A DNA stretch of 64,000 nucleotides from an uncultured Acidobacteriota bacterium (GTDB lineage Bacteria; Actinomycetota; Acidimicrobiia; Spongiisociales; ZC4RG35): assembly GCA_963725075.1 (NCBI GenBank), contig CAVRXA010000017.1, forward strand, positions 17,573 through 81,572, written 5' to 3'. Each line of letters begins with the position of its first letter. The stretch's first letter is position 1. Below are positions 51,575 to 62,041 of the stretch, piece by piece. The translations under genes were made by a program, and so were the position numbers. The notes under the pieces were generated by a model. It did not search any database. It had not been told where the DNA came from and saw only the letters and a list, made by a program, of their open reading frames with translations.

Positions 51575-52044
51575 AGCCCCGGGGATTCACCTGGGTCATC
51601 ACCGATCGTCTCGCTGTCTCGGAACGTGTCGGTGGCTCTGGCTTCCAGCATCGCCGGGTGCGACGCGAAGAAGAGATCACCTGGCTGGTGGAGGAGGCCG
51701 GGATCAACACCGTGGTATCCATGCTTCCCGGCAACCAAAACCTGCTTGCCTACCGCGAGGCCGGGATGGCCACATTCTCGGTACCGATCGGTCCTGACCT
51801 CACCACCCACGAGGTCGACGAGTTCTTCGCCACCCTGGTGAAGGCGACTGCCAAGCGACGGTCGAGGGTCCTCGTGCACCGGGAGGCGATCGATGACACG
51901 GTGGGTGGGCTGCTCGGAGGGTTTCTCGTCGTCTCCGGGCTGGTCAACGACCCGATCCTCGCCCTGGCGGTGATTCAGCAGATTCTGGGACGTGCGCTAG
52001 GGCCTGAGGGCCGCTCGCTCATCCCGGCGTCCGCCGCCTCGTGA
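51550..52044 (+). CDS. dual-specificity-phosphatase-fold protein lacking the catalytic Cys/Arg (pseudo-phosphatase-like)
   Basis: The layout matches DSP-family proteins (ITDRLAVSE..., GINTVVSML, FSVPIGPD). The P-loop position reads VLVHREAIDDTVGG instead of VHCxxGxxR. It overlaps the folP end and the folB start. Confidence 0.45.
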   Translation: MGRMVAGLKPRGFTWVITDRLAVSERVGGSGFQHRRVRREEEITWLVEEAGINTVVSMLPGNQNLLAYREAGMATFSVPIGPDLTTHEVDEFFATLVKATAKRRSRVLVHREAIDDTVGGLLGGFLVVSGLVNDPILALAVIQQILGRALGPEGRSLIPASAAS

Positions 52045-52401
52045 CCGATCGGATCGAGCTCAAAGGAATCGAGGTGGTCGCCCGACACGGAGTGCTCGAG
52101 CACGAAAAGCGGGAGCCGCAAACCTTCCTGATCGACCTGACCCTGTATCTCGACCTTTCCACCGCCGGCAAATCCGACGACCTCGCCGACACCGTGGACT
52201 ACGGAAAGCTGGCCCAGCTCACCCACGATCTGGTGCAAGGTCGAGAGCCATGATTTGATCGAGTCGGTGGCCCATCAGATTGCGAAGGCCGTGCTCGAAG
52301 AGCCCCTTGTCGACAGGGTCACGGTGACGGTGCACAAGCCTGAGGCCCCTATCCCTCTGACCTTCGCGGATGTGGCTGTCACCGTCGATCGATCCCGATG
52401 A
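52041..52401 (+). CDS. folB: dihydroneopterin aldolase, interrupted by one apparent frameshift
   Basis: DRIELKGIEVVARHGVLEHEKREPQTFLIDL...DDLADTVDYG (track ORF 52041..52253). It then continues as HDLIESVAHQIAKAVLEEPLVDRVTVTVHKPEAPI in the next frame, up to TGA 52399-52401, which forms an ATGA overlap with folK. The frame change is near 52235-52248. Confidence 0.85.
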
Positions 52402-52901
52402 CCCGCTACGCCATCGCCCTCGGCTCCAACGAGGGCGACCGGCTGGACCATCTCCGTCGAGCCGTGGCGGAGCTCGAGGACCTGGGCTCAGTCGAGGCGG
52501 TCTCGGGTGTCTACGAGACGGAACCGGTCGGGGGCCCGGCTCAGGACCCGTTTCTGAACGCGGTGGCGGTCCTCGACACCATGTCCGAGCCGCAGGACCT
52601 GCTCGTGTCGCTCCAGCAGATCGAAGCCGCCCATGACAGGGCGCGAGAGGTGCGCTGGGGGCCGCGCACCCTCGATCTGGACATCGTTACCAGTGACGGG
52701 GGCCTGATTCGAGCACCCGATCTCGAGATCCCCCATCCGAGGGCGGCGGAGCGCCGCTTCGTCCTCGAGCCACTGTGTGAGGTCTGGCCTGAGGCGATGG
52801 TGGGTGCGGGTTTGTCTGCAGCGGCGGCCAGGGCGCTCGTTTCCGACCAGGGAGTGGCGCTCCTGGCAGCACGATGGCTGGAGGACGAGCCGGATCGGTG
52901 A
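52398..52901 (+). CDS. folK: 2-amino-4-hydroxy-6-hydroxymethyldihydropteridine diphosphokinase
   Basis: YAIALGSNEGDR, YETEPVG, WGPRTLDLDI and PHPR. Confidence 0.9.
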   Translation: MTRYAIALGSNEGDRLDHLRRAVAELEDLGSVEAVSGVYETEPVGGPAQDPFLNAVAVLDTMSEPQDLLVSLQQIEAAHDRAREVRWGPRTLDLDIVTSDGGLIRAPDLEIPHPRAAERRFVLEPLCEVWPEAMVGAGLSAAAARALVSDQGVALLAARWLEDEPDR

Positions 52902-53026
52902 TCCGGATTCCTCCGAACCTCACACGGACAGCAGGACCCGTGCTAGCTTCCACTCATGGGAAGCGGCCGCGGCCCACCTCTTGGTTCGGACACTCAGCAG
53001 GGTCCAGGACAGGAGGAATGATCTAG

Positions 53027-53368
53027 ATGGCAAAAAGGTCGCGGGAGCATCGCCAGGACATCCCCGGATACAACGACGGCCGCCCGAAACGCGAAGAGCG
53101 CAAGCAGCAGCATCGTGCCGTGCGACATCACACCCACCAGGTGTTGCACATGACGGACGACCCCGATGACGTCGTCGTGCCGGAGGTGAGAGGCACCGGG
53201 TCCAATCATGAGAATCATCTCGCCGACCCACAAGATTTGGAACGTAGGAGATTCAAGGTCTGGAAGACCAAGTTCTGGAAGCGCCGGGACGAGTTTCACA
53301 CGATGAAGTCGGAGTTGGACTCGAACTGGCCGGTCATCACACCCAACCAGCTCGAAGACCAGGCCTGA
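53027..53368 (+). CDS. hypothetical basic, His/Arg/Lys-rich protein
   Basis: 113 aa with AGGAGG 10 nt upstream of the ATG. The local G+C looks lower than in the flanks, and no family is recognised. Confidence 0.45.
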   Translation: MAKRSREHRQDIPGYNDGRPKREERKQQHRAVRHHTHQVLHMTDDPDDVVVPEVRGTGSNHENHLADPQDLERRRFKVWKTKFWKRRDEFHTMKSELDSNWPVITPNQLEDQA

Positions 53369-53446
53369 GCCGGTAGCGGTCTGTCACCCGATTGGGCTGC
53401 GCGGCCCGCTGGCTAGCCTCGCCGCCACGCCGGCCGAGGTAGACCT

Positions 53447-54238
53447 GTGAGACTGACAATCGTCGGCCCGGGAAGGGCTGGAGGCTCCATCGCAATCGCC
53501 GCTGCTCGCTCGGGTCACCAGATAGCGGGGGTCCTCACCCGATCAGGGGTAAGCCCCTACGGCCCCATCCTGAGCTGGGATGATCCCTTGCCCGAGTGTG
53601 ACCTTCTCCTCATCGCGGTGCGGGACGACGCCATCGAGGAAGTGACGAGTCGGCTTTCCCCCCACATCGGAACCGTGCCGGTGGCCGCCCACATGTCGGG
53701 ATTCACCCCGGTCGCCGCCCTCGATGAGCTCGCCCGCAAGGGAGTTGTCACCGGTGGCTTCCACCCTCTCCAGACGCTTCCCGACCCGGAACGCGGGGCG
53801 GCAGCATTGGCCGGCGCCTTTGTCGGCATCGGTGGAGGACCCGGGGCCATGGCCATGCTGACGGAGCTGGCCACTTCTCTGGACATGAACCCATTCCCTC
53901 TCGCTGACGAGTCGAGGCCGGCCTATCACGCCGGTGCGGCGGCGGCAGCCAATTTCGTCATCACCGCTCTCGCCACAGCCGGGGATCTGATGGTCTCAGC
54001 CAGGATCGACCCGTTGGTCACCCGCCCCCTCGTCGAGCAGGCAGTGGCCAATCTCTATGAGATCGTGGGCGAATCTCCGTTGACCGGCCCGATCGCCCGG
54101 GGGGACATCTCGACTGTGATCGGCCAGCTCGAGGCGGCACGTCGGACCTCGGACTCGGTGGGCGAGCAGTACAGGCTGATGGCTGAGGCAACTGCGATTC
54201 GCGCCGGTCGGAAAGACGACATCAAACAGTGGAGGTGA
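53447..54238 (+). CDS. Rossmann-like DUF2520 protein (Rv3603c-like, ketopantoate-reductase-related)
   Basis: LTIVGPGRAGGSIA dinucleotide fold. Its conserved position is immediately upstream of panC. Confidence 0.78.
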   Translation: MRLTIVGPGRAGGSIAIAAARSGHQIAGVLTRSGVSPYGPILSWDDPLPECDLLLIAVRDDAIEEVTSRLSPHIGTVPVAAHMSGFTPVAALDELARKGVVTGGFHPLQTLPDPERGAAALAGAFVGIGGGPGAMAMLTELATSLDMNPFPLADESRPAYHAGAAAAANFVITALATAGDLMVSARIDPLVTRPLVEQAVANLYEIVGESPLTGPIARGDISTVIGQLEAARRTSDSVGEQYRLMAEATAIRAGRKDDIKQWR

Positions 54239-55125
54239 CCGCCACCTTCGCCGACACGCGGGAGAAGTACGAGGGCACCGTCGGCCTCCTGCCAACGCTC
54301 GGGTTTCTCCACGAGGGTCATTTGGCGCTGATGGACCTGTTGCGCGAGCGATGTGACACTCTCGTCGTCTCCCTGTTCGTCAACCCGACGCAATTCGACG
54401 ACAAGGACGACTTCGCCGCATATCCGAGGGACACCGAGCGTGACGCCGGGCTCGCCGAGGAGCATGACGTCGATCTGCTCTTCGTGCCGGAATTGGACGA
54501 GGTGTACCCCGTGGGCGAGACGACGATCGTCGAGGTGGGCGGGGTCTCACAGGAGATGGAGGGCCGGTACCGGGCCGGCCACTTCACGGGAGTGGCCACC
54601 GTGGTCGCCAAGCTCTTTGCCGGTCTGCAACCCGACATCGCCATGTTCGGCCGAAAGGACGCCCAGCAGCTCGCCGTCCTGAAGTCGATGGTGCGCGACC
54701 TCAGGTTCCCGGTGTCAGTCATCGATGCCCCGCTGGTGCGAGAGCCCGACGGCCTGGCTCTGTCCAGCCGGAACGTGAGACTGTCCCGCATGGACCGGGA
54801 ACGAGCCCTGGCCATCAGCCGTGGTCTCTTCCAGGCGGCCGAGCAGGTCGACGCCGGCGAGCGGCGCGGCGAGCGTCTCGAAGGAACGGTCCGTCGCTCC
54901 GTGAAAGGGTTGGAGGTGGACTACGCGACCCTCGCTTCGCAGGACACGATGGTCCCGATCGGTGAGCTCGATCGACCGTCGGTGCTGGCGGTGGCCGCAC
55001 ATGTCGGGGACGTCCGTCTGATTGACAATGTCACCTTCGACTGGGTCGACGACAGGCCGGTCCCGGATCGTGGGCTTGCTCCTCGGCGAGCCGAGCCGGC
55101 TCACGTAGTAACTACCCTGCCCTGA
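54229..55125 (+). CDS. panC: pantoate--beta-alanine ligase
   Basis: PTLGFLHEGHLALM (HxGH), VSLFVNPTQF and FGRKDAQQ. Confidence 0.92.
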   Translation: MEVTATFADTREKYEGTVGLLPTLGFLHEGHLALMDLLRERCDTLVVSLFVNPTQFDDKDDFAAYPRDTERDAGLAEEHDVDLLFVPELDEVYPVGETTIVEVGGVSQEMEGRYRAGHFTGVATVVAKLFAGLQPDIAMFGRKDAQQLAVLKSMVRDLRFPVSVIDAPLVREPDGLALSSRNVRLSRMDRERALAISRGLFQAAEQVDAGERRGERLEGTVRRSVKGLEVDYATLASQDTMVPIGELDRPSVLAVAAHVGDVRLIDNVTFDWVDDRPVPDRGLAPRRAEPAHVVTTLP

Positions 55126-55143
55126 CCCAGCCACCCGAGCGAC

Positions 55144-56629
55144 ATGAGCGAGACATCCGACCAGGGCATGGACCCACTCGTCGCCGGGCGACGGGATCGT
55201 CATCACGAGATCCTCGAGTCGGGCGGCTACCCCCATAGGTACGAGCGCTCCCACCTGGCAGCTGAGCTCCATGAGACCTTCGCCGACCTTCCCGCAGGGT
55301 CCGAGACCGACAACAGGGTGACAGTTGCCGGCCGCCTGATGCTGCACCGCTCCTTCGGGAAGCTGCAGTTCGGGACACTCCAGGACGACACGGGAACGAT
55401 CCAGCTCTTCGTGGACCGGGCCACCATCGGAGATGAGAAAGCGGACGGGTTCGCCCATGTCGACCTGGGTGATTGGCTCGGGGCCACCGGGACGGTCATG
55501 ACCACCCGCAAGGGCGAGTTGAGCGTCCGGACGGACGACTACGTCATCCTGCAGAAGAGCCTTCGCCCTTTGCCAGAAAAGTGGCACGGGCTGCAGGACA
55601 TCGAGCTGCGCAGCCGGCGGCGGTATCTCGACCTGATGGTCAACGATGAGGCCAGACGGGTGGCACGGGTACGTGCCGTGGTGGTCAGCGAGCTACGCCG
55701 GCAGTTCGAGGCTCGGGGATTCGTCGAGGTCGAGACTCCGATCCTTCTCCATCAGGCGACCGGTGCCACCGCCCGGCCGTTCGCCACACACCATCAGGCC
55801 CTGCACATGGACATGTACCTGCGCATCGCCACCGAGCTGTATCTAAAGCGCCTCGTGGTCGGTGGGTTGGAGAAGGTCTTCGAGATAGGCCGCATCTTCC
55901 GAAACGAAGGGATCGACTCGACCCACAACCCTGAGTTCACGATGCTCGAGGCCTATCAGGCTCTGGCCGACTACACGGACATGATGGATCTCACGGAGGA
56001 GGTCGTCTCCGACCTGGCCCGAGAAGTGACCGGAGGCACGAGCCTGACCTACCAGGGGCGGGACCTCGACCTGTCACGACCATTTCGTCGGGCGTCGATG
56101 ATCGATCTCGTCTCGGAAAAGCTGGGTAGCGAGCGTGGATCTGGACACTCCCCTCGAGGATCTGGCTTCTCTGGCCCGCGAGAGAGGGATCGAGATCGAA
56201 GACGGGTGGAGCGAGGCCCGGATCATCTCCGAGATATATGAGGAGATCGTCGAGCCCGAGATCTGGGATCCGACCTTCGTCACGCATCAGCCGGTCGAGA
56301 TCTCACCTCTGGCTCGTCGCAGCGCCACCGATCCACGTCTGGCCGACCGGTTCGAACTGGTGATCGCCGGATCGGAATATGCCAACGCCTTCAGTGAGCT
56401 CAACGACGCCGATGACCAGAGACAGAGGTTCGAGGAGCAGGCCGCCGCCCGCGCCGCCGGGGACGAGGAGGCACACCCCGTCGACGACGATTACCTGCTG
56501 GCGCTGGAATACGGGCTGCCCCCTACCGGAGGGCTGGGTATCGGGGTCGACCGTCTGGTGATGCTGCTCACCGACCAGGCGCACATCCGGGAGGTCATTC
56601 TCTTCCCGACCTTGCGGCCCGAGGCCTGA
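55144..56629 (+). CDS. lysS: lysine--tRNA ligase (class II), interrupted by one apparent frameshift
   Basis: The OB-fold N-terminus and motif 2 IFRNEG are in track ORF 55144..56241. The C-terminal part, with motif 3 [13 protein letters not shown], is in ORF 56135..56629. The frame change is near 56120-56137. Confidence 0.92.
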
Positions 56630-57622
56630 TCAGTTGGCCCTGGCGGCCTCGACCCGACCCAGCAGGTAATCACCAAGCCCCTCGAGGATCCCCCGGGCGT
56701 CGCTTTCGGGAACACGGCTCAAGGCCCCCGATGCCAGCTCGAGGTGCCGCGACGCCTCGGCCAGCGAGGAGTCGACATGCCCGCCGGCCCGGACGATCTC
56801 GATCACATCGTTGACCACGTCGTCGGCGTAGGGATGAGAGCTCTCGAGGAGTGTCCGCACCCGATCGCCGTCCGGGCCGGACAACGCCTCGAGCACCGGC
56901 ATGGTGAACTTGCCCTCCCTGATGTCCGATCCCGCGGGCTTGCCGATCGTCTCCTCGTCGGCGACCAGATCCAGGGCGTCGTCGGCGATCTGAAACACCA
57001 TCCCGACCTCCCAGGCCCAGTCGGAGAGTGCCTCGACGATGTCATCGTCCGCTTCGGCGGCCATTGCCCCCAGCCGTGCAGAGGTCCGGATCAAAGACGC
57101 TGTCTTGCCGGCGATGACCTGCTCGTATTCGGCGACGCCGTGGCCGAGGTTGAAATCGAGCTGGAGCTCGCGGGTCTGCCCTTCGACGAGCTCCGCATAT
57201 GTGGCAGCGAGCAGCCGCACGGATTCCTGGCTGAGGTGGGTGGCCGCTACTTCCGAGGCGCGAGCCATGAGAAAGTCACCGGCCAGGATGGCGACGGTGT
57301 TGCTCCAGTTGGCATTGACCGATACCGCTCCGCGTCTGACGTCTGCCTCGTCGATGACGTCGTCGTGATAGAGGGACCCGACATGGATCAGCTCCACGGA
57401 GACCCCGGCCTCCACCGGACGATGGTCGCGGGCCTCGCCGAACTCGGCAGCAAGCAGTGCGAGCAGGGGGCGAAAGCGCTTGCCGCCTGCCAGCAACAGG
57501 TGCTGGGCGATCTTGGTCAGGTAGGCATCATCGGCGGTCGCGGCTTCGAGCAGACGCTCCTCCACACGGGTGAGGGAGTCCCACACCCGGGGTATCCGAA
57601 TGAGACTTTGGAGGTCGTCCAT
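56630..57622 (-). CDS. polyprenyl diphosphate synthase family protein
   Basis: The first DDxxD is in LYHDDVID and the second in FQIADDALD. Start at the internal ATG (MDDLQSLI). Its stop abuts the lysS stop (TGATCA). Confidence 0.88.
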   Translation of the reverse strand: MDDLQSLIRIPRVWDSLTRVEERLLEAATADDAYLTKIAQHLLLAGGKRFRPLLALLAAEFGEARDHRPVEAGVSVELIHVGSLYHDDVIDEADVRRGAVSVNANWSNTVAILAGDFLMARASEVAATHLSQESVRLLAATYAELVEGQTRELQLDFNLGHGVAEYEQVIAGKTASLIRTSARLGAMAAEADDDIVEALSDWAWEVGMVFQIADDALDLVADEETIGKPAGSDIREGKFTMPVLEALSGPDGDRVRTLLESSHPYADDVVNDVIEIVRAGGHVDSSLAEASRHLELASGALSRVPESDARGILEGLGDYLLGRVEAARAN

Positions 57623-57722
57623 CCGTGACGATGGTATTACGTGCACGTCGCTCGGAAACCATGCTCGAAGGTCAAGGATCACCCGGTGGTAAAGTTGCTC
57701 ACGTCAGGCTTGGGAGTCAAGA

Positions 57723-60212
57723 GTGTTTGAGCGCTTCACAGACCGTGCCCGCCGGGTCGTCGTTCTGGCCCAGGAAGAAGCGCGTCTGCTCAACCACAAC
57801 TACATCGGCACCGAGCACATCCTCCTCGGCCTCCTGAACGAAGGGGAGGGCATCGCCGCCCAGGCCCTGGAGAGCCTCGACATCGACCTCGCCTCGGTCC
57901 GTGAAGAGGTCGTGAAGATCATCGGCCAGGGCCAGCAGTCGCCCTCCGGCCACATCCCGTTCACCCCGCGGGCGAAGAAGGTCCTCGAGCTCAGTCTTCG
58001 TGAGGCGCTCCAGCTCGGCCACAACTACATCGGCACCGAGCACATCCTCCTCGGCCTCATCCGGGAGGGAGAGGGAGTGGCCGCACAGGTCCTCCAGCAG
58101 CTCGGAGCCGAGCTGCAGAAGGTGCGCCAGACCGTGATCCAGCTGCTCTCCGGGCCGGCCGGGAGCGAACAGCAGTCATCCGAGCCCGCCGGGAGCGGGG
58201 GACGCGAGTCGGCTGCGGGCGGCTCCACCGTCCTCGATCAGTTCGGGAGGAACTACACCCAATTGGCACGGGAACGGAAGCTGGACCCGGTCATCGGCAG
58301 GCTCCGCGAGATCGAGCGTGTGATGCAGATCCTCTCCCGCCGCACCAAGAACAACCCGGTGCTGATTGGCGAACCCGGAGTGGGCAAGACCGCCATCGTC
58401 GAGGGTCTCGCCCAGCGCATCATCGCCAAGGAAGTCCCGGACAATCTCCAGGGGAAGAACCTCTATTCGCTCGACCTCGGCGCCCTCGTCGCCGGCTCCC
58501 GCTATCGGGGCGACTTCGAGGAGCGTCTGAAGAAGGTGCTCAAAGAGATCAAGAGCCGGGGCGACATCATCCTCTTCATCGATGAGATCCACACGCTGGT
58601 GGGCGCTGGAGCGGCCGAAGGCGCCATCGACGCCGCCTCGATCCTCAAGCCGATGCTCGCCCGGGGCGAGCTGCAGACGGTCGGCGCCACGACCCTCGAG
58701 GAGTACCGCAAGTACCTGGAGAAGGACTCCGCCCTCGAGCGCCGTTTCCAGCCGATCCAGGTCGACGAGCCGTCGGTCAGCGAGACCATCCAGATCCTGA
58801 TGGGTCTCAAGGACCGCTACGAGGCCCACCACTCTGTGCGCTTCACCGACCAGGCCATCGTCTCCGCAGCCAACCTGGCCGATCGCTACCTCTCCGACCG
58901 CTTCCTTCCCGACAAGGCGATCGACCTCATCGACGAGGCCGGGAGCCGTCAGCGCATCCATCGCACCAGCGATGTGCCCGAGATAACCGCCATCGACGAG
59001 AAGCTCTCCACGCTGCGCCAGGACAAGCAGGACGCCGTCTCCCGGGAGAACTACGAGCGGGCCGCCAATCTCCGGGACGAGGAGCGCGGGTTGCTGAGCG
59101 ATCGTGCCGACAAGGAGGCCAGCGAGGGTGATACCGGCTGGGTGATCGATGAGGAGGAGATCGCAGAGGTCCTCGCCCAGTGGACCGGGATCCCCGTTCA
59201 CCGGCTCACCGAAGAGGAGACAGCACGGCTCGTCCACATGGAGGACGAGCTGCACAAGCGCATCATCGGCCAGCACGACGCCATCACCGCGGTGTCCAAG
59301 GCGATCCGACGTACCCGCGCCGGGCTCAAGGATCCCCGCCGGCCGTCGGGCTCGTTCATCTTCCTCGGCCCCTCCGGTGTCGGCAAGACCGAGACCGCCA
59401 AGGCCCTCGCCCAGTTCCTCTTCGGGCAGGAGGATGCCCTCATCCAGCTCGACATGTCCGAGTACATGGAGAAGCACACGGTCAGCCGTCTCGTCGGATC
59501 ACCCCCCGGCTACGTGGGTTACGACGAGGGCGGCCAGCTGACGGAGGCTGTGCGACGCAAGCCGTTCTCAGTCGTGTTGTTCGACGAGATCGAGAAGGCA
59601 CACCCCGACGTGTTCAACACCCTCCTCCAGATCCTCGAGGAAGGCCGTCTGACCGACGCCCAGGGCCGGACCGTCGACTTCAAGAACACCGTCATCATCA
59701 TGACCTCGAACCTGGGGACGCGCGACCTGCACAAGAAAGCGGTCGGGTTCCACGCAGGCGACTCGGAGATGGATTACGAGCACATGAAGGAGCGGGTCAC
59801 CGAAGAGTTGAAGAAGAGCTTCCGCCCCGAGTTCATCAACAGACTCGACGAGATCATCGTGTTCCACGAGCTGTCCATGGACGAGCTCAAGCTGATCGTC
59901 GATCTGATGTTGGATCGGGTTCGGGAGCAGCTCGAGTCACAGCATCTCGATCTGGTTCTCACCGATGATGCCAAGGTGTTCCTGGGCACCCGCGGTTATG
60001 ACCCCGAGCTCGGCGCCCGGCCCTTGCGTCGGGCGATCCAACGTCTGCTCGAGGACCCGCTCAGCGAGCGCGTCCTGCTCGGGGAGTTCAAGGCCGGCAG
60101 CACGATCCTGGTTGGGCTCGACGCCGAGAACGACGAGCTCACATTCGAGGCGGTTGCTCCACCGGATCCGACCGACGCGACACCACAACCGGAGATGGCC
60201 GGTCAGGATTGA
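57723..60212 (+). CDS. clpC1: ATP-dependent Clp protease ATP-binding subunit ClpC1
   Basis: Duplicated Clp_N repeats (GTEHILLGL twice), two Walker A motifs (GEPGVGKT and GPSGVGKT) and a UVR-like middle region. Confidence 0.96.
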   Translation: MFERFTDRARRVVVLAQEEARLLNHNYIGTEHILLGLLNEGEGIAAQALESLDIDLASVREEVVKIIGQGQQSPSGHIPFTPRAKKVLELSLREALQLGHNYIGTEHILLGLIREGEGVAAQVLQQLGAELQKVRQTVIQLLSGPAGSEQQSSEPAGSGGRESAAGGSTVLDQFGRNYTQLARERKLDPVIGRLREIERVMQILSRRTKNNPVLIGEPGVGKTAIVEGLAQRIIAKEVPDNLQGKNLYSLDLGALVAGSRYRGDFEERLKKVLKEIKSRGDIILFIDEIHTLVGAGAAEGAIDAASILKPMLARGELQTVGATTLEEYRKYLEKDSALERRFQPIQVDEPSVSETIQILMGLKDRYEAHHSVRFTDQAIVSAANLADRYLSDRFLPDKAIDLIDEAGSRQRIHRTSDVPEITAIDEKLSTLRQDKQDAVSRENYERAANLRDEERGLLSDRADKEASEGDTGWVIDEEEIAEVLAQWTGIPVHRLTEEETARLVHMEDELHKRIIGQHDAITAVSKAIRRTRAGLKDPRRPSGSFIFLGPSGVGKTETAKALAQFLFGQEDALIQLDMSEYMEKHTVSRLVGSPPGYVGYDEGGQLTEAVRRKPFSVVLFDEIEKAHPDVFNTLLQILEEGRLTDAQGRTVDFKNTVIIMTSNLGTRDLHKKAVGFHAGDSEMDYEHMKERVTEELKKSFRPEFINRLDEIIVFHELSMDELKLIVDLMLDRVREQLESQHLDLVLTDDAKVFLGTRGYDPELGARPLRRAIQRLLEDPLSERVLLGEFKAGSTILVGLDAENDELTFEAVAPPDPTDATPQPEMAGQD

Positions 60213-60271
60213 CCGTTAAAGCTTGAAGGCCTTTCGGCCGATGATTCTCGGGCAAACGAACTCTCGGTCGC

Positions 60272-60925
60272 ATGCCCATACTCGCACTCATCTTCACCAT
60301 CTCCACAGCCCTGGCCCCCCTGCCCACGGCCGAGTACGTCCCGGCGAACGACGAGGCCTACACCCTCGATCTCGAAGTCGACGGCTACGTGAACGGATCC
60401 ATGCCCGATGACCGGTTGATGTCGTTTGACGGTTGCACCCTGGAGCGCGATGCGGCCTACATGTATGCACTCCTCATGGAAGCTGCCGAGGAGGACGGCA
60501 TCTCGCTCAGCTACGAAGACTGCTACCGGTCCTTCAGCACGCAAGCCGCCTCGTACAACCGACGGTGCCCGGTGGTCGAGACCCCTGTATACGGAGTCGA
60601 CCCGGCCACTGGCTCCAAGGTGCAGACTGGTGTCAAGTCGGGCCGTTCGTGCTCAGGGCCACCGACGGCCAGACCCGGCCACTCCAACCATGGTTGGGGC
60701 CGGGCCGTCGACTACACCGACGGCAATGGTGTCCTGGGTTGCTCGGATGAGACCTTCCGGTGGATGCAGGGAAATGCTCACCGCTTCGGCTGGGTCCACC
60801 CGGACTGGGCCCACTGCGGCATGAGCACCCAGGAGCCCTGGCACTGGGAGTTCGCCGGCGTCACCGACTCCATCTTCCCCGGCTACGGCCAGCTCGACCC
60901 GAAACTCCTCGACGTCGTCCAGTAG
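60272..60925 (+). CDS. M15 family D-alanyl-D-alanine carboxypeptidase/endopeptidase (VanY-like)
   Basis: Signal-like N-terminus, plus the zinc ligand motifs GHSNHGWGRAVD (SxHxxGxAxD) and EPWHWE. Confidence 0.8.
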   Translation: MPILALIFTISTALAPLPTAEYVPANDEAYTLDLEVDGYVNGSMPDDRLMSFDGCTLERDAAYMYALLMEAAEEDGISLSYEDCYRSFSTQAASYNRRCPVVETPVYGVDPATGSKVQTGVKSGRSCSGPPTARPGHSNHGWGRAVDYTDGNGVLGCSDETFRWMQGNAHRFGWVHPDWAHCGMSTQEPWHWEFAGVTDSIFPGYGQLDPKLLDVVQ

Positions 60926-60968
60926 GGGTTGCTACTCGCAACCTGAGCTTCACTGACCCACATACGGG

Positions 60969-61933
60969 TCAAATCAGCCTCAGCTTCGGCGATGACCGTG
61001 AGATCGAGAGACCGAGCCCGGCTCGAATCGATGAGGCGATCAGCTCGGGCTCCTCGTGAATCTGACGCCATGTGAATCGAAGGATCCGCCAGCCTGCCAG
61101 CTGCGCTTGATTGTCTCGATGCCGGTCGTCTCGAAGGACTTCATCAGGAGGTGCCACTTGCGGCTGTCTCCTTCGATGATCAGGCGATGGTCCGTCGTAG
61201 GCGAAGTCCACTCGCCCGTTCATCGGAACGAGCCACGGCGGACGTGAACTGCGTTGTCGGAAGCGGCAGCCCCGAGTTCTCGATGATGGCCAGGAGTCGT
61301 TGCTCGAGGACGGTGTCTGGGGGCACGTGGGATTGGCCTCGCTTCTCGAGCAGTCGCCGCATCGGTGTGGTGCCGGGTTTTCCACGCCGGCCGAGGTCAC
61401 CGAACAAGAGCCCCAAGCCTCTCAGATCGACAGCACCGGACGAGAGCGCCCGGTCGAGTATCCAGTCGAGTCGGCTTTCGGTGACCGTTACTGCCAGATC
61501 GATGATCGTTCGCTCGGGATTGGTAACTCGAAGTCCAGTGATTGCGATCGAGTTGATCGTCAGATATGTCGGTCGATTGATGGACGATCACTCCGTTGAA
61601 GATCTTCGTGAGTCGATGCGGGACAGTGACGGTCGGCAGTGATCCACGGCAGACCATCGAATCGATGGAGCTCGGCCCGCAGACTCATGCGACACCACGG
61701 CACCAAGACTGTCGACACGCTGCCTCGAGATATGCAGTCGTGCTCCTCATCGGTACCCGGCAAGCAGGAATACACCTCGGCTTGATTCGACTGAGGATTC
61801 CGGAATCGACGCGCCTTGCCAACGTGGTCCTGCTCATCCCGAGGGCGAGGGCTTCGCCCCTGGTCACGATCCCACCGTTGGACCGTGCGTATTCGATGAG
61901 ATCTCGGGTCTTGTCTCCCATCCCGACTTCCAA
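60969..61933 (-). pseudogene. decayed AbiEi_N-like HTH / DUF559 (Vsr-like endonuclease domain) protein gene
   Basis: Family-like segments are scattered over all three reverse frames:
- DLIEYARSNGGIVTRGEALALGMSRTTLARRVDSGIL
- AELHRFDGLP
- TVTVPH...GVIVHQSTDISDDQL
- GLRVTNPERTIIDLAVTVTESRLDWILDRALSSGAVDLRGLGLLFGDLGRRGKPG
- VDFAYDDHRLIIEGDSRKWH
- RDNQAQLAGWRILRFTWRQI
At least six frame changes or stops occur in under 1 kb. Confidence 0.7.
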
Positions 61934-62041
61934 GGTGCCAGATCTCGGTAGGCATCGCTAGAGACACGTCGAACCTGAGACGGTTTGACCCGGATACGTG
62001 GACCTCAGGTCGAAGCTGAGCTTCGTCGGTAACTTGCCCTC

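Noticed and set aside
56627-56632. Back-to-back stop codons of lysS and the polyprenyl synthase gene forming TGATCA
   Set aside because: This is a coincidental palindrome from two abutting convergent stops. No hairpin or other structure surrounds it.
61934-62041. preQ1 riboswitch upstream of the yhhQ queuosine-precursor transporter
   Set aside because: There is no short hairpin followed by an A-rich tail of the AAAAAACUA type, and no preQ1-II/III-like features. Only a generic CCTGAG...CTCAGG stem is present. A covariance-model scan would be needed to be sure.
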